DNA of 54,328 bases. Source: a virus. Made by a program: the position numbers and the translations under genes. Location of the stretch: the IMG/VR virus record IMGVR_UViG_3300037424_000442, positions 1 to 54,328 of that record. One strand, given 5' to 3'. The notes under the pieces were generated by a model. The model saw only the letters and a list, made by a program, of their open reading frames with translations, had not been told where the DNA came from and searched no databases. This document shows positions 22,946 through 31,307 of this stretch, piece by piece (within the stretch, counting starts at the first letter, position 1; each line of letters begins with the position of its first letter).

Positions 22946-24366
22946 TTGGCAACCTCTTTTTTGGTCAACAATGGTGCTGAAAACTTCGCATTCTCTCTGA
23001 CATCGATAGAGCCTGAGACCTCAGATAACAATGGTGCTGAAAACTCCGCATTCTCGCTGACATCGATAGAGCCTGAGACCTCAGATAACAATGGTGCTGA
23101 AAACTCCGCATTCTCGCTGACATAGATAGAGCCTGAGACCTCAGATAACAATGGTGCTGAAAACTCCGCATTCTCTCTGACATCGATAGAGCCTGAGACC
23201 TCAGATAACAATGGTGCTGAAAACTTCGCATTCTCTCTGACATAGATAGAGCCTGACTTTTTCAACAATGGTGCTGAAAACTCCGCATTCTCGCTGACAT
23301 AGATAGAGCCTGAGACCTCAGATAACAATGGTGCTGAAAACTCCGCATTCTCGCTGACATCGATAAAGCCTGACTTTTTCAACAATGGTGCTGAAAACTT
23401 CGCATTCTCTCTGACATAGATAGAGCCTGAGACCTCAGATAACAATGGTGCTGAAAACTTCGCATTCTCTCTGACATAGATAGAGCCTGAGACCTCAGAT
23501 AACAATGGTGCTGAAAACTTCGCATTCTCTCTGACATCGATAGAGCCTGAGACCTCAGATAACAATGGTGCTGAAAACTTCGCATTCTCTCTGACACAGA
23601 TAGAGCCTGAGACCTCAGATAACAATGGTGCTGAAAACTCCGCATTCTCTCTGACATCGATAGAGCCATCAAACAATAATTTCTTTTTGCCATGAAACGC
23701 AATAACGTCATTTATTGTTGTCAATACAACAATATTAGATTTGTATTTTACAGTCTCGTTTTTCCTTATATATTTTTTTCTATATAATGTATTTTTAATA
23801 TATTTGCAAAATTTAGGCACAATATAACCTAAATTTTGCATTTCAGAATCTCTAACATTCATCCCTGACCACTCTAAAAACCTCACAACGTAATCAATGT
23901 ATTTTGGATGTATATTACCATTCCCCTTCCCTTTTATTTGTTGGTCTTTTTCAACTGTGCAATGGGGCATGTTTTCTGAATCTCGCAAGCTGTATATTTC
24001 TTTGTCTTTGCCAAAATATGAGGCTACACAATGCCTCATTAGATTACCTTCACGCTCATAATCTGCTTTACTAATTAGTTCTACAAATTTAAAACCATCC
24101 CCAAAATCTAAAATAATTTTAGTATCGTCTGTTTTAATATTCTTGTCTTTTTTTAATAGGGAATTATTCCATTTTTCAGCATTAGATTTCATTTGCTGAA
24201 AAGTTGCACGATCAAGCCTTTTTGGCCGATTGGCTGAACATAGATAATCTATAATATGCTCATTTTCTGAGATAAGATTATAATCTTTTATTCTTTTTTC
24301 AATCCATAAGAGAACATCGTCTTTTGCATTCATACCTCTTGCATAATTTATCAGTTCTTGTTTCAT
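22942..24366 (-). CDS. PcfJ-like domain protein with 12 C-terminal 20-residue tandem repeats
   Basis: EREGNLMRHCVASYFG...IYSLRD...PHCTVE resembles the PcfJ-like signature. The C-terminal 239 aa are repeats of I[DYC]V[RS]ENA[EK]FSAPLLSEVSGS. Confidence 0.7.
   Translation of the reverse strand: MKQELINYARGMNAKDDVLLWIEKRIKDYNLISENEHIIDYLCSANRPKRLDRATFQQMKSNAEKWNNSLLKKDKNIKTDDTKIILDFGDGFKFVELISKADYEREGNLMRHCVASYFGKDKEIYSLRDSENMPHCTVEKDQQIKGKGNGNIHPKYIDYVVRFLEWSGMNVRDSEMQNLGYIVPKFCKYIKNTLYRKKYIRKNETVKYKSNIVVLTTINDVIAFHGKKKLLFDGSIDVRENAEFSAPLLSEVSGSICVRENAKFSAPLLSEVSGSIDVRENAKFSAPLLSEVSGSIYVRENAKFSAPLLSEVSGSIYVRENAKFSAPLLKKSGFIDVSENAEFSAPLLSEVSGSIYVSENAEFSAPLLKKSGSIYVRENAKFSAPLLSEVSGSIDVRENAEFSAPLLSEVSGSIYVSENAEFSAPLLSEVSGSIDVSENAEFSAPLLSEVSGSIDVRENAKFSAPLLTKKEVAK
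22945..23661 (-). repeat. 60-bp (two units 57-bp) in-frame tandem repeat x12
   Basis: Near-identical units read directly from the sequence. Variation is limited to about four nucleotide positions, plus a KKSG for SEVSG variant in two units. Confidence 0.9.
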
Positions 24367-24367
24367 C

Positions 24368-24544
24368 TTATATCCCCTTTAGTTTGTTAATTTCGTCTAT
24401 ATCAATTATATCGTTTGCTTGAAAATTAGCAACGTACCTTTGTACTGCAAGCTTAATATGATCTTGTTTGCTAATTCCTGTAATTTCTTTTATCTTCTTT
24501 AGCAACTCTCCAGTTTCATCGTCAATTCTTATCGGCGTAGACAT
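24368..24544 (-). CDS. ribbon-helix-helix (CopG/Arc-like) DNA-binding protein (58 aa)
   Basis: ATG at 24544 preceded by AAGGAGG. TPIRIDDETGELLKKIKEITGISKQDHIKLAVQRYV fits a strand-helix-helix pattern. Confidence 0.5.
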   Translation of the reverse strand: MSTPIRIDDETGELLKKIKEITGISKQDHIKLAVQRYVANFQANDIIDIDEINKLKGI

Positions 24545-24739
24545 TTATACGGCCTCCTTTATTTTTCTATTTGCAAAAATTTGACATTCAAAATCCAGCA
24601 GTGCATCTTCAAGTAAATCATCTGCTTTTTTGATATCGTCGAATAATTTATCCGGAATAACATACCTATCAATTTTGTCGCGCATTATGACTAGCTTGTC
24701 TAATGCTTCAATTAGTTTTGTTTTGTCGTAGTTTTGCAT
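24545..24739 (-). CDS. hypothetical protein (64 aa)
   Basis: Co-oriented ORF. Confidence 0.5.
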   Translation of the reverse strand: MQNYDKTKLIEALDKLVIMRDKIDRYVIPDKLFDDIKKADDLLEDALLDFECQIFANRKIKEAV

Positions 24740-24753
24740 TGTTTACTCCTTTT

Positions 24754-25101
24754 TCACATATAGTCTAATTTTTTGTAATCCTCATACGGCTCTTCCGGCT
24801 CGCCGTGATCCGGTTGCCAGTTAGACATATCGAAAGTTACGTCTAATACAAGTTCGTATTTGTTTTTATTGTCTCTCGCAAAAATAACAAAGTCCGTAAT
24901 GCCTGTATAATTGCCTCGCAGTTCATCAAAGATGCCGTCGAGATTATCTTTCTCGCTTATGTCTTTTATCATTTTATACATCAAAAATGGGATTTCAATA
25001 AAACAGATAGCTCTATCATTGCCTTCATTTTCTCTTACTATTTTATCCCTGTTTTTTATTAGCCATTCATAGAAATTTTCCAGTATATTAACGTCTATCA
25101 T
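24754..25101 (-). CDS. hypothetical acidic protein (115 aa)
   Basis: Co-oriented ORF, rich in D and E. Confidence 0.55.
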   Translation of the reverse strand: MIDVNILENFYEWLIKNRDKIVRENEGNDRAICFIEIPFLMYKMIKDISEKDNLDGIFDELRGNYTGITDFVIFARDNKNKYELVLDVTFDMSNWQPDHGEPEEPYEDYKKLDYM

Positions 25102-25303
25102 TTTGCAACTCCATTTTCCTTTCTATGCAGCGAAGATCTGAAATTGCATCAAGTAGCATTTGATCTACAAAAAATATAGATTGCGACCGGTGTCTTTTTT
25201 TGATTATCGCCTCGTTGTCGATATACAAAACATGGTGATTGTTTTCGACTCTGACATCATGTTTGATGTTTTTTTCAGTAAGTTTTTTTGTTAAGTTTTT
25301 CAT
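25088..25303 (-). CDS. hypothetical protein (71 aa)
   Basis: Co-oriented ORF with AGGAGG upstream. Confidence 0.55.
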   Translation of the reverse strand: MKNLTKKLTEKNIKHDVRVENNHHVLYIDNEAIIKKRHRSQSIFFVDQMLLDAISDLRCIERKMELQNDRR

Positions 25304-25403
25304 AATAGCCTCCTATTGCTTGTGCTATAAGATTACTACTTTTTACTACACGTGTTAACAAAAATATTAAGAATTTACTAAAATTTTACATTTTTTCTGG
25401 AGT

Positions 25404-25697
25404 TTATATTTTATAATTAGTCTTATTATAAATAGGATTGATTTTATTTATATATTCTTTTTCTATATAAAATAACTGCATAAAATTATCATATTCAAGA
25501 TAATAATATTTGTTGAATTTTATTATATTGTTATTATAATGGCTTAACAATCTCCATTCAATATTTTTAGTTCTTCCAATATATATAATATTAGTATCTT
25601 GGATTAGGAAATATAGATAATGGCTTATTTTTCTTAATCTAAAAGATTTACTATATTCTTCGCTCTTGCTGATAATATAAGTTTTTAAATTTTCCAT
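25404..25697 (-). CDS. stand-alone GIY-YIG domain protein (97 aa)
   Basis: YLYFLIQDTNIIYIGRTKNIEWRLLSH ... EKEYINKINPIYN fits GIY...YIG..N...R...H...E...N. The ATG at 25697 with CAGGAGG upstream is preferred over the track start at 25820. Confidence 0.5.
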   Translation of the reverse strand: MENLKTYIISKSEEYSKSFRLRKISHYLYFLIQDTNIIYIGRTKNIEWRLLSHYNNNIIKFNKYYYLEYDNFMQLFYIEKEYINKINPIYNKTNYKI

Positions 25698-25788
25698 ATT
25701 GCCTCCTGTTGCAATTCCTGAATGAGAATAACGAAAGCAGTCAGGATAACCGCCTTTCAGGTGTACAGCCCTATCGTTATTTAAATGA

Positions 25789-25817
25789 ATAATATTATAT
25801 ATTTTATATTTTGTCAA
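25789..25817 (-). promoter_or_regulatory. sigma70-like promoter
   Basis: Minus strand reads TTGACA, a 17-nt spacer, then TATTAT, immediately after a terminator. It is followed by an untranslated leader of about 90 nt. Confidence 0.55.
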
Positions 25818-25824
25818 CAAGAAA

Positions 25825-25846
25825 AGCCCCGTATCTCTACGAGGCT
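25825..25846 (-). terminator. intrinsic terminator
   Basis: Minus strand AGCCUCG-UAGAGAUA-CGGGGCU followed by UUUUCUU, just downstream of the o-spanin-like gene. Confidence 0.55.
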
Positions 25847-25871
25847 AAAGGAGAAAACGTATGAAAAAACG

Positions 25872-26171
25872 TTATCTTAAGTCTATAATCTTGATTCGAT
25901 ATCCATCTGATATTATGATTTGCTTTCTAAGATCATCAATGTAGAATTTCATCTCTGTTATTTGTTCATTATATGCTTTCATTATTTCTAATAATTCAGT
26001 ATTATCAATCCCCTCTTTTCCATATCTATCTATAAGCTCTTGAAAGTCTATAATTTTATAATTTTGAATCCTGACCGTCATTGTCATGCAGGACGTCATG
26101 AGTAATATTAAGAAGATCAATATAATTTTTAGCTTTTTTAATCTTATCATTATACACCTCCTTCTTTTCAA
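25872..26171 (-). CDS. o-spanin-like lipoprotein candidate
   Basis: Signal sequence ending LLMTSC (imperfect lipobox). The start lies inside the 3' end of the upstream TM/coiled-coil gene in another frame (overlapped architecture). Confidence 0.4.
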   Translation of the reverse strand: MKRRRCIMIRLKKLKIILIFLILLMTSCMTMTVRIQNYKIIDFQELIDRYGKEGIDNTELLEIMKAYNEQITEMKFYIDDLRKQIIISDGYRIKIIDLR

Positions 26172-26325
26172 TTATTGTTTGTTTATATTTTTCATAGTCA
26201 ACCACCTTATCGTTATACGCGTTTATCGCTTGAACTCTTTTCCTTTTCAATAGCCAAATAAGAAATATGATTACTGCCAGTTCAACTAATATTATCGCTA
26301 TTAGAATTAGAAACGCTTGTATCAT
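26056..26325 (-). CDS. i-spanin-like protein candidate (N-terminal TM plus coiled coil)
   Basis: N-terminus MIQAFLILIAIILVELAVIIFLIWLL, followed by a charged helical region. Confidence 0.4.
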   Translation of the reverse strand: MIQAFLILIAIILVELAVIIFLIWLLKRKRVQAINAYNDKVVDYEKYKQTIIEKKEVYNDKIKKAKNYIDLLNITHDVLHDNDGQDSKL

Positions 26326-26551
26326 TTTTTATCCCCTTCATATCAATATAGTTTTTTGTAGACTTTGCTGCCCAAGTTACCGTAAAGATCGTTCCTTGCA
26401 ATAGCAGTATTTCTGAAAAACTTACATCTATTGTAGTATCTGAAAAGGAGCTTATCAAAATAGAGATTGCACCGATTATTACCAAAACTTCAGATACCCA
26501 AAACGCAACCCTACCAAGAAATTTTCCTTCACTTTTTTTTGCTTCTTCCAT
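26282..26551 (-). CDS. small membrane protein (89 aa, 2 TM), holin candidate
   Basis: Two hydrophobic helices; located in the lysis cluster. Confidence 0.4.
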   Translation of the reverse strand: MEEAKKSEGKFLGRVAFWVSEVLVIIGAISILISSFSDTTIDVSFSEILLLQGTIFTVTWAAKSTKNYIDMKGIKNDTSVSNSNSDNIS

Positions 26552-26897
26552 TTTTTACCTCTTTATCTTCACCTATTTTTTTATCAAGAAAACTATCAAT
26601 TCTATCGTATAGTTTGAATCCTAACAGGACGTAAACTATGTAGCTTAAAGCAATTACGATCATTGTTTCATATATTATTTTATTGTTATCAAAATATAAA
26701 ATTGACGTATAAATACTACTGCCAGTAATTACTATCAACGCGGTCAAGTTTTTTGCACGATCGGATTTTATGATGTTTAAAGCCCTCCCTAGTAAGTATA
26801 CAAAAAATATTCCAAATATAAAAGAAGAAGCAACCCTTAATAATCCCTTGCCGATATCGAAGCCAGTATCTTTTAGTATTTGCAATAGCTCTTTCAT
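26529..26897 (-). CDS. membrane protein (122 aa, about 3 TM, charged C-terminus), holin candidate
   Basis: Three hydrophobic segments and a KE-rich tail. Confidence 0.4.
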   Translation of the reverse strand: MKELLQILKDTGFDIGKGLLRVASSFIFGIFFVYLLGRALNIIKSDRAKNLTALIVITGSSIYTSILYFDNNKIIYETMIVIALSYIVYVLLGFKLYDRIDSFLDKKIGEDKEVKNGRSKKK

Positions 26898-26899
26898 TG

Positions 26900-27316
26900 T
26901 TAATTTATATTTAACATTATTTTTATTTGCAATGTTACAGTTTTATTTGGATCAGGGGATTCAAACCATTGTTCATAATTTGAACGCCACTCAATAAAAC
27001 CATCATCATCTGTCCAACATTCTACAACACCGATTTTATCTCTTGTAGTTTCAGGATTTTGATTATCACTGCAATATCTAGTTGACACACTAATCGGCTG
27101 AATATTTGTAGCACCTTTTGGCCTGAGATCGCAAGAAACAATCTCAGTCCCATCATCATTAATACCTACAACCTCAAAATACAATAAACATTTTCCAAGT
27201 TTATTGCTTGTGTATGCACTTAGATCAAGTTCATTCCATGTTTGAGTAGTTAGAAAACTATTGCTTCTATTCACATCTCCCGAAAAAACAATTGCATTAT
27301 TTTTGTTTATACCCAT
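26900..27316 (-). CDS. hypothetical protein (138 aa), paralogous to the C-terminus of the 5096..5743 lipoprotein
   Basis: Shared pattern: CDLRPKGA...VVECWTDDDGFIEWRS here, VHVRAKGS...ALIVTNDQGEIEWYH in the lipoprotein. Confidence 0.55.
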   Translation of the reverse strand: MGINKNNAIVFSGDVNRSNSFLTTQTWNELDLSAYTSNKLGKCLLYFEVVGINDDGTEIVSCDLRPKGATNIQPISVSTRYCSDNQNPETTRDKIGVVECWTDDDGFIEWRSNYEQWFESPDPNKTVTLQIKIMLNIN

Positions 27317-27325
27317 TTTATGCTC

Positions 27326-27733
27326 CTATTTTATTAAATTTGACAACCAGTATACAGGGATTGAAATTAACCCCCATAAGAAAAAATGTACGATATCAGT
27401 TTGACCCATTATATTAAATGGCATTGTGTATTCCCAAAGGTCAAGTTTTAGAATCCTGTTAAATAACAATCCAAATCCAAACTCTACCAGCGTGCAGACT
27501 ATTGCACCTGTCAGCATAAACAGTAGCAAATAGTCTAATAATCTAAATATCGGGATATAGGTCAATAAATATACTAACGTGCCACCCGTGCCATAGACAA
27601 CTATATTAAGCAAATATTTAAGGCTTTTTAGCTTGTCTTTAATGCCCTTAATTTTGTCTAGCTGTCTTGTAATAAAATCGACGTTAAGTCCCATACTCCC
27701 CATTAACAAAAAAACTAAAATTAACAATTTCAT
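27326..27733 (-). CDS. polytopic membrane protein
   Basis: The ATG at 27733 with GAGGGAAAT upstream is preferred over the track's TTG at 27751. Four hydrophobic segments. Confidence 0.55.
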   Translation of the reverse strand: MKLLILVFLLMGSMGLNVDFITRQLDKIKGIKDKLKSLKYLLNIVVYGTGGTLVYLLTYIPIFRLLDYLLLFMLTGAIVCTLVEFGFGLLFNRILKLDLWEYTMPFNIMGQTDIVHFFLWGLISIPVYWLSNLIK

Positions 27734-27741
27734 ATTTCCCT

Positions 27742-27924
27742 CTAAAAACAAATTAAATGTTTATTTTTTTCAACACTTATAGTCTCATGTAAAGAACATT
27801 CCTGCCATTCATGCAAGCAATCATAGCACATTAGCCATATCTCTGTTTTATGATTTATCCTTTTTTTAATAAGTTTTTTGTCCTTTGTTTTGTCAAAACA
27901 TTTCGGGCATTCAATGTAATTCAT
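27742..27924 (-). CDS. zinc-ribbon protein (60 aa)
   Basis: CPKC ... CYDC motifs. Confidence 0.5.
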   Translation of the reverse strand: MNYIECPKCFDKTKDKKLIKKRINHKTEIWLMCYDCLHEWQECSLHETISVEKNKHLICF

Positions 27925-28394
27925 ATCTCAATTTTTATAAGTTTTGTTATATCTTTATTTTGCAAGCGTTTTTCTTTGCCATATTCAACATCAAAAATTA
28001 TCCACGTGTTAGCCTCTTTTCGCAAGACATTAACATAATGACCTCCACCCGATCGATGTATGATTCTCGCAATCCAATACAATCTCGGATGATCTATATA
28101 ATCCTTATACGACAGCTCATTTATGATGCTAATATTTAATATATTTTTTAGTTTATCAAGCATCAGAAAACTAGCTCTATTTTCGGGAGTATTCGGATTG
28201 TTAAGATACTCATAGCATTTATTTTCTATTATTATGTCGTTTAATTCTTTTGGGGTCTTGTCAAGTATATTCGCAAGTGCAGTTACAAGACACCCCCACC
28301 TTTTGATATAATCCGTCCACACTCGATATTTTTCATTGCATTGAGTCATTATTTCATTGCCGTATTTTTCGTCTATTTGTGTGTTTTTTAGCAT
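27921..28394 (-). CDS. papain-like (C39-like) cysteine peptidase, endolysin candidate
   Basis: Candidate nucleophile in WGCLVTALANI and His in SGGGHYVNVL. Adjacent to the XhlA-like gene. Confidence 0.4.
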   Translation of the reverse strand: MLKNTQIDEKYGNEIMTQCNEKYRVWTDYIKRWGCLVTALANILDKTPKELNDIIIENKCYEYLNNPNTPENRASFLMLDKLKNILNISIINELSYKDYIDHPRLYWIARIIHRSGGGHYVNVLRKEANTWIIFDVEYGKEKRLQNKDITKLIKIEI

Positions 28395-28708
28395 TATTTA
28401 ACTCCAAACCATAACAGCGTTAGGATTACAGCGATAGGGAAAATCCAGCCTTTTAGAATCTCAATGAGTAGTTGACGCCCATCTTTTGAAATTTCAGCTT
28501 TCCTTCTTTCAATTCTGTCAACCCTGCCTTTCAAATCTTTTATGTCATCATCATGGCAGTTGAGTGTAGCAACTATTTTTTCAAGAGTCTTTTCTATTCT
28601 GTCCATGCTGCCCTTCAAAAGATCATGAGCGTCATCTTTAAACTGGTCTATCTTTTTATCAAGCGTCTTAATGTATGCTATCACAACGTCTATTTCTGGT
28701 TTACTCAT
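28394..28708 (-). CDS. XhlA-like lysis-associated membrane protein
   Basis: Coiled-coil N-terminal region with a single C-terminal TM (GWIFPIAVILTLLWFGV). First gene after the tail fibre module. Confidence 0.4.
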   Translation of the reverse strand: MSKPEIDVVIAYIKTLDKKIDQFKDDAHDLLKGSMDRIEKTLEKIVATLNCHDDDIKDLKGRVDRIERRKAEISKDGRQLLIEILKGWIFPIAVILTLLWFGVK

Positions 28709-28732
28709 TTTAACATTTTCCTTTCACGTTTA

Positions 28733-29233
28733 CTATATATTTTTCAATTCTTCTATTGTTTTGATCTTATCAACAGTAGCATTATAGCTTTCTAGTTCAA
28801 CTTTTGCCTCACCGTTAACCATTTTCACCGGATCGTTATTGAGTTCTACTGCTTTTAATTTTATGATATTTTCTTTTGCATCTTCTAATAGCTCAGCATC
28901 GGACTTCAATCGTGCAACTCCGTTTTCATATACAATTTCGTTTTTTGTATAGTGGTATTCAATCTCTCCGCGTTGCGAAAGAGGCAACGCCTTATACTCC
29001 GATTCTGATACTGTTTTTGTTTTACCACCGCGGTAGACCTTAATTTTTTCAGGATGCGGGAATCTATCGATCAGTTGGTCGTTAGGCAATACTTCATCAA
29101 CTATTTTTTCTTCTTTTTTTCGTATGACCTTGTATTGCAAAACGTTGCCGACGATGATATTACCGATAACTTTATCATCTTTCAATACATCAAAATATTC
29201 CCCCCCCGTTCTAATTTTTACAAATTCTGCCAT
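28733..29233 (-). CDS. hypothetical protein (166 aa), possibly fibre-associated
   Basis: Position immediately downstream of the tail fibre gene; no motif recognised. Confidence 0.5.
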   Translation of the reverse strand: MAEFVKIRTGGEYFDVLKDDKVIGNIIVGNVLQYKVIRKKEEKIVDEVLPNDQLIDRFPHPEKIKVYRGGKTKTVSESEYKALPLSQRGEIEYHYTKNEIVYENGVARLKSDAELLEDAKENIIKLKAVELNNDPVKMVNGEAKVELESYNATVDKIKTIEELKNI

Positions 29234-29243
29234 TTTTCTCTCC

Positions 29244-30620
29244 TTATTCTGTTAATTCATATAATATGTTAAAATACCAATCTTCGCCATCTAACCGTGT
29301 ATTAAGCGTGCCTGTTGCGCTCAGTATGCTTCCTGCACCAGCGTTGCCTGTTTGAATTAATATGTCGTTGTTATCGACTTCCTCAATTTGACAACCATAA
29401 TTTGCAGACTCTGAAACATATGCGTAATTAAGTTCAATTGCTCCCGTGTAGGTTGCTGTCGAATTTACTATTATCTTTTTTATTGCGCCACAATTAATAT
29501 CAATCCCCATATTATGCGTTATGTAATTATCATCATTTTTGTTTGTCGTGCCTTCGTTGACGTCGCACGTTACACCGTTTCCAAACGCAATTTGACGTCC
29601 GTCTGTGAAAATTCCTGTTCCTGTAACATAATATACCGTAAGAGTACCTGCATTACCCGACGGGGCAGAGTCAGACAATACAATACCAGTGTTGTTTGAC
29701 GTTGCCTCTGTGAATTTTTGTCCAGTGAGATCACTGCTATCTGACTGATTATCATATACGAAATTAGAAAATCCAAGATGCCTATTAGTCCAATCAGCAC
29801 AACTAATCCAGCCTGACTCGATGTGTGCGTAGTAATCTTCTACTATCCAATAAGTGCCATTATTTCTTACCGTAAGTCTGTCTCCTGAAAGGTAAAACAA
29901 CATTTTATCAAGCAAGTTGCCTTTGTATAGAATATTGCCACCTTCTTCAGAGTTGATATAGCTTAATCCATTGCCTATGTTTTGAAATGGAATAACTTTA
30001 CCCCTGTTATCAGCCAATGTCGGCAAATTACCTTCTATCAATCCAGTAAACGCAGAGTGCGAAAAATGATATACATCATATTTTTCTGTGTCTGAAATTG
30101 TAAAGGTCGTATTTGAACTTTTAACAGCGGCGTTACCCCCACTTATAATTAACCAATGATCTAATGAATTACTCCATTGCAATCTTAATCGACCAAATAC
30201 ACTCCCAATAGGAGGAACGGTATCATCTGCCATTCTAAGACTTTTTGCACCTAAATAAGTCCCTGTAGTTTGTCCGATATTAACTGTTACCGTCGTTGAT
30301 GTGTTGGCAATTGCTCTATCTATTTCTACAATAGCTCCGTTTAGTAATGTATAGCTCTCCGCAACTTGCATGCCCGAAGCACCTGTAACCGGCGTCAATT
30401 CAATACTATTTGCTATTGCCGAATTATCTTGAAATGATGCCGCCGCAACTCCGTTTATAAACAACGCCTGTGCTTGTTGATTTAACTTTATACTCGATAA
30501 AGTTTGTCCTGAATAAGTAACCCCGCCTTGAAGCTCGTTTTTATGGTCGTTATACTCAGCGGCGGTTAGCTCTCCAGTTGCGCCCGGGGTTGAATCCGCT
30601 TTATCTGTTATGTTTAACAA
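29244..30620 (-). CDS. tail fibre protein
   Basis: 458 aa, rich in G, S, T and N. Follows the baseplate genes. Confidence 0.55.
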   Translation of the reverse strand: MLNITDKADSTPGATGELTAAEYNDHKNELQGGVTYSGQTLSSIKLNQQAQALFINGVAAASFQDNSAIANSIELTPVTGASGMQVAESYTLLNGAIVEIDRAIANTSTTVTVNIGQTTGTYLGAKSLRMADDTVPPIGSVFGRLRLQWSNSLDHWLIISGGNAAVKSSNTTFTISDTEKYDVYHFSHSAFTGLIEGNLPTLADNRGKVIPFQNIGNGLSYINSEEGGNILYKGNLLDKMLFYLSGDRLTVRNNGTYWIVEDYYAHIESGWISCADWTNRHLGFSNFVYDNQSDSSDLTGQKFTEATSNNTGIVLSDSAPSGNAGTLTVYYVTGTGIFTDGRQIAFGNGVTCDVNEGTTNKNDDNYITHNMGIDINCGAIKKIIVNSTATYTGAIELNYAYVSESANYGCQIEEVDNNDILIQTGNAGAGSILSATGTLNTRLDGEDWYFNILYELTE

Positions 30621-30629
30621 TTTATCCTC

Positions 30630-31307
30630 CTATATTACCATTGTTTCATATACCCATCCACAAAAAGTGGGGAAAATATCACCTAAAACCTTATCTAGCA
30701 ACTCTATTGTTGCATCTGGAATTGCTGGATCAAAAAAACTAATAGGGAAAGGCAACGGAAATTGATTATTTGCTGCACTTCCTTCAACTCCAACTTTAAT
30801 AAAAAATAAAAAATTACGTCTACCCTCAGATATTACAAATACCATAGGGAAAGTAAACGGAAAAGCCGATGGAGAAGGCCTGTCTGTTGCTCTTTCTATT
30901 TCTATCGTTAATCCCGTCATAATATATATATAATTTTCAAATGTTGAATATTCATCAAAAGTTGTATAATCTGCTAACTGAAAAACCGGATATTTAGAAA
31001 TTTTTCTTTTTATAGCGTTTCTTCTATCATTAATATCTGTTAATCTTGGAGTCAATTCTGGTATTTTTACACTTGTTTCCCAGACTTCCAGTAATTCATT
31101 CACAGTATCTATATTTACATTTTTTGCCAAATCTTCAATTAAACCACTTACCACTCTAATAGGCAACGATAAGCACAATAACAACTTATATATCCAGCTA
31201 TCAGAATCAAATCTATTCGCAGTAAGTTTACCTTTCGGCATAGATTGAGCAAGATAGTTTTGAGATTGAGTATCATTAAATTTTTTAAAAGAGTTAAAAG
31301 TTTTCAA
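30630..31307 (-). CDS. baseplate/tail protein, Mu gp48-like (DUF2313-like)
   Basis: Position after the baseplate J-like gene. N-terminal pattern LP.GK...........LL..L...........L......D..T..ELLE.WE. Confidence 0.5.
   Translation of the reverse strand: MKTFNSFKKFNDTQSQNYLAQSMPKGKLTANRFDSDSWIYKLLLCLSLPIRVVSGLIEDLAKNVNIDTVNELLEVWETSVKIPELTPRLTDINDRRNAIKRKISKYPVFQLADYTTFDEYSTFENYIYIMTGLTIEIERATDRPSPSAFPFTFPMVFVISEGRRNFLFFIKVGVEGSAANNQFPLPFPISFFDPAIPDATIELLDKVLGDIFPTFCGWVYETMVI

Noticed and set aside
22945-23661. Possible CRISPR array, because of regularly spaced near-identical repeats
   Set aside because: Units are directly abutting with no unique spacers. They are a multiple of 3 in length and lie in frame inside a long ORF. 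No cas genes or leader are present.
22965-23711. ORFs 22965..23243 (-) and 23379..23711 (-), encoding (MSERMRSFQHHCYLRSQALS)n
   Set aside because: They are out-of-frame readings of the 60-bp repeat array nested inside the 474-aa PcfJ-like gene, with no independent start signals.
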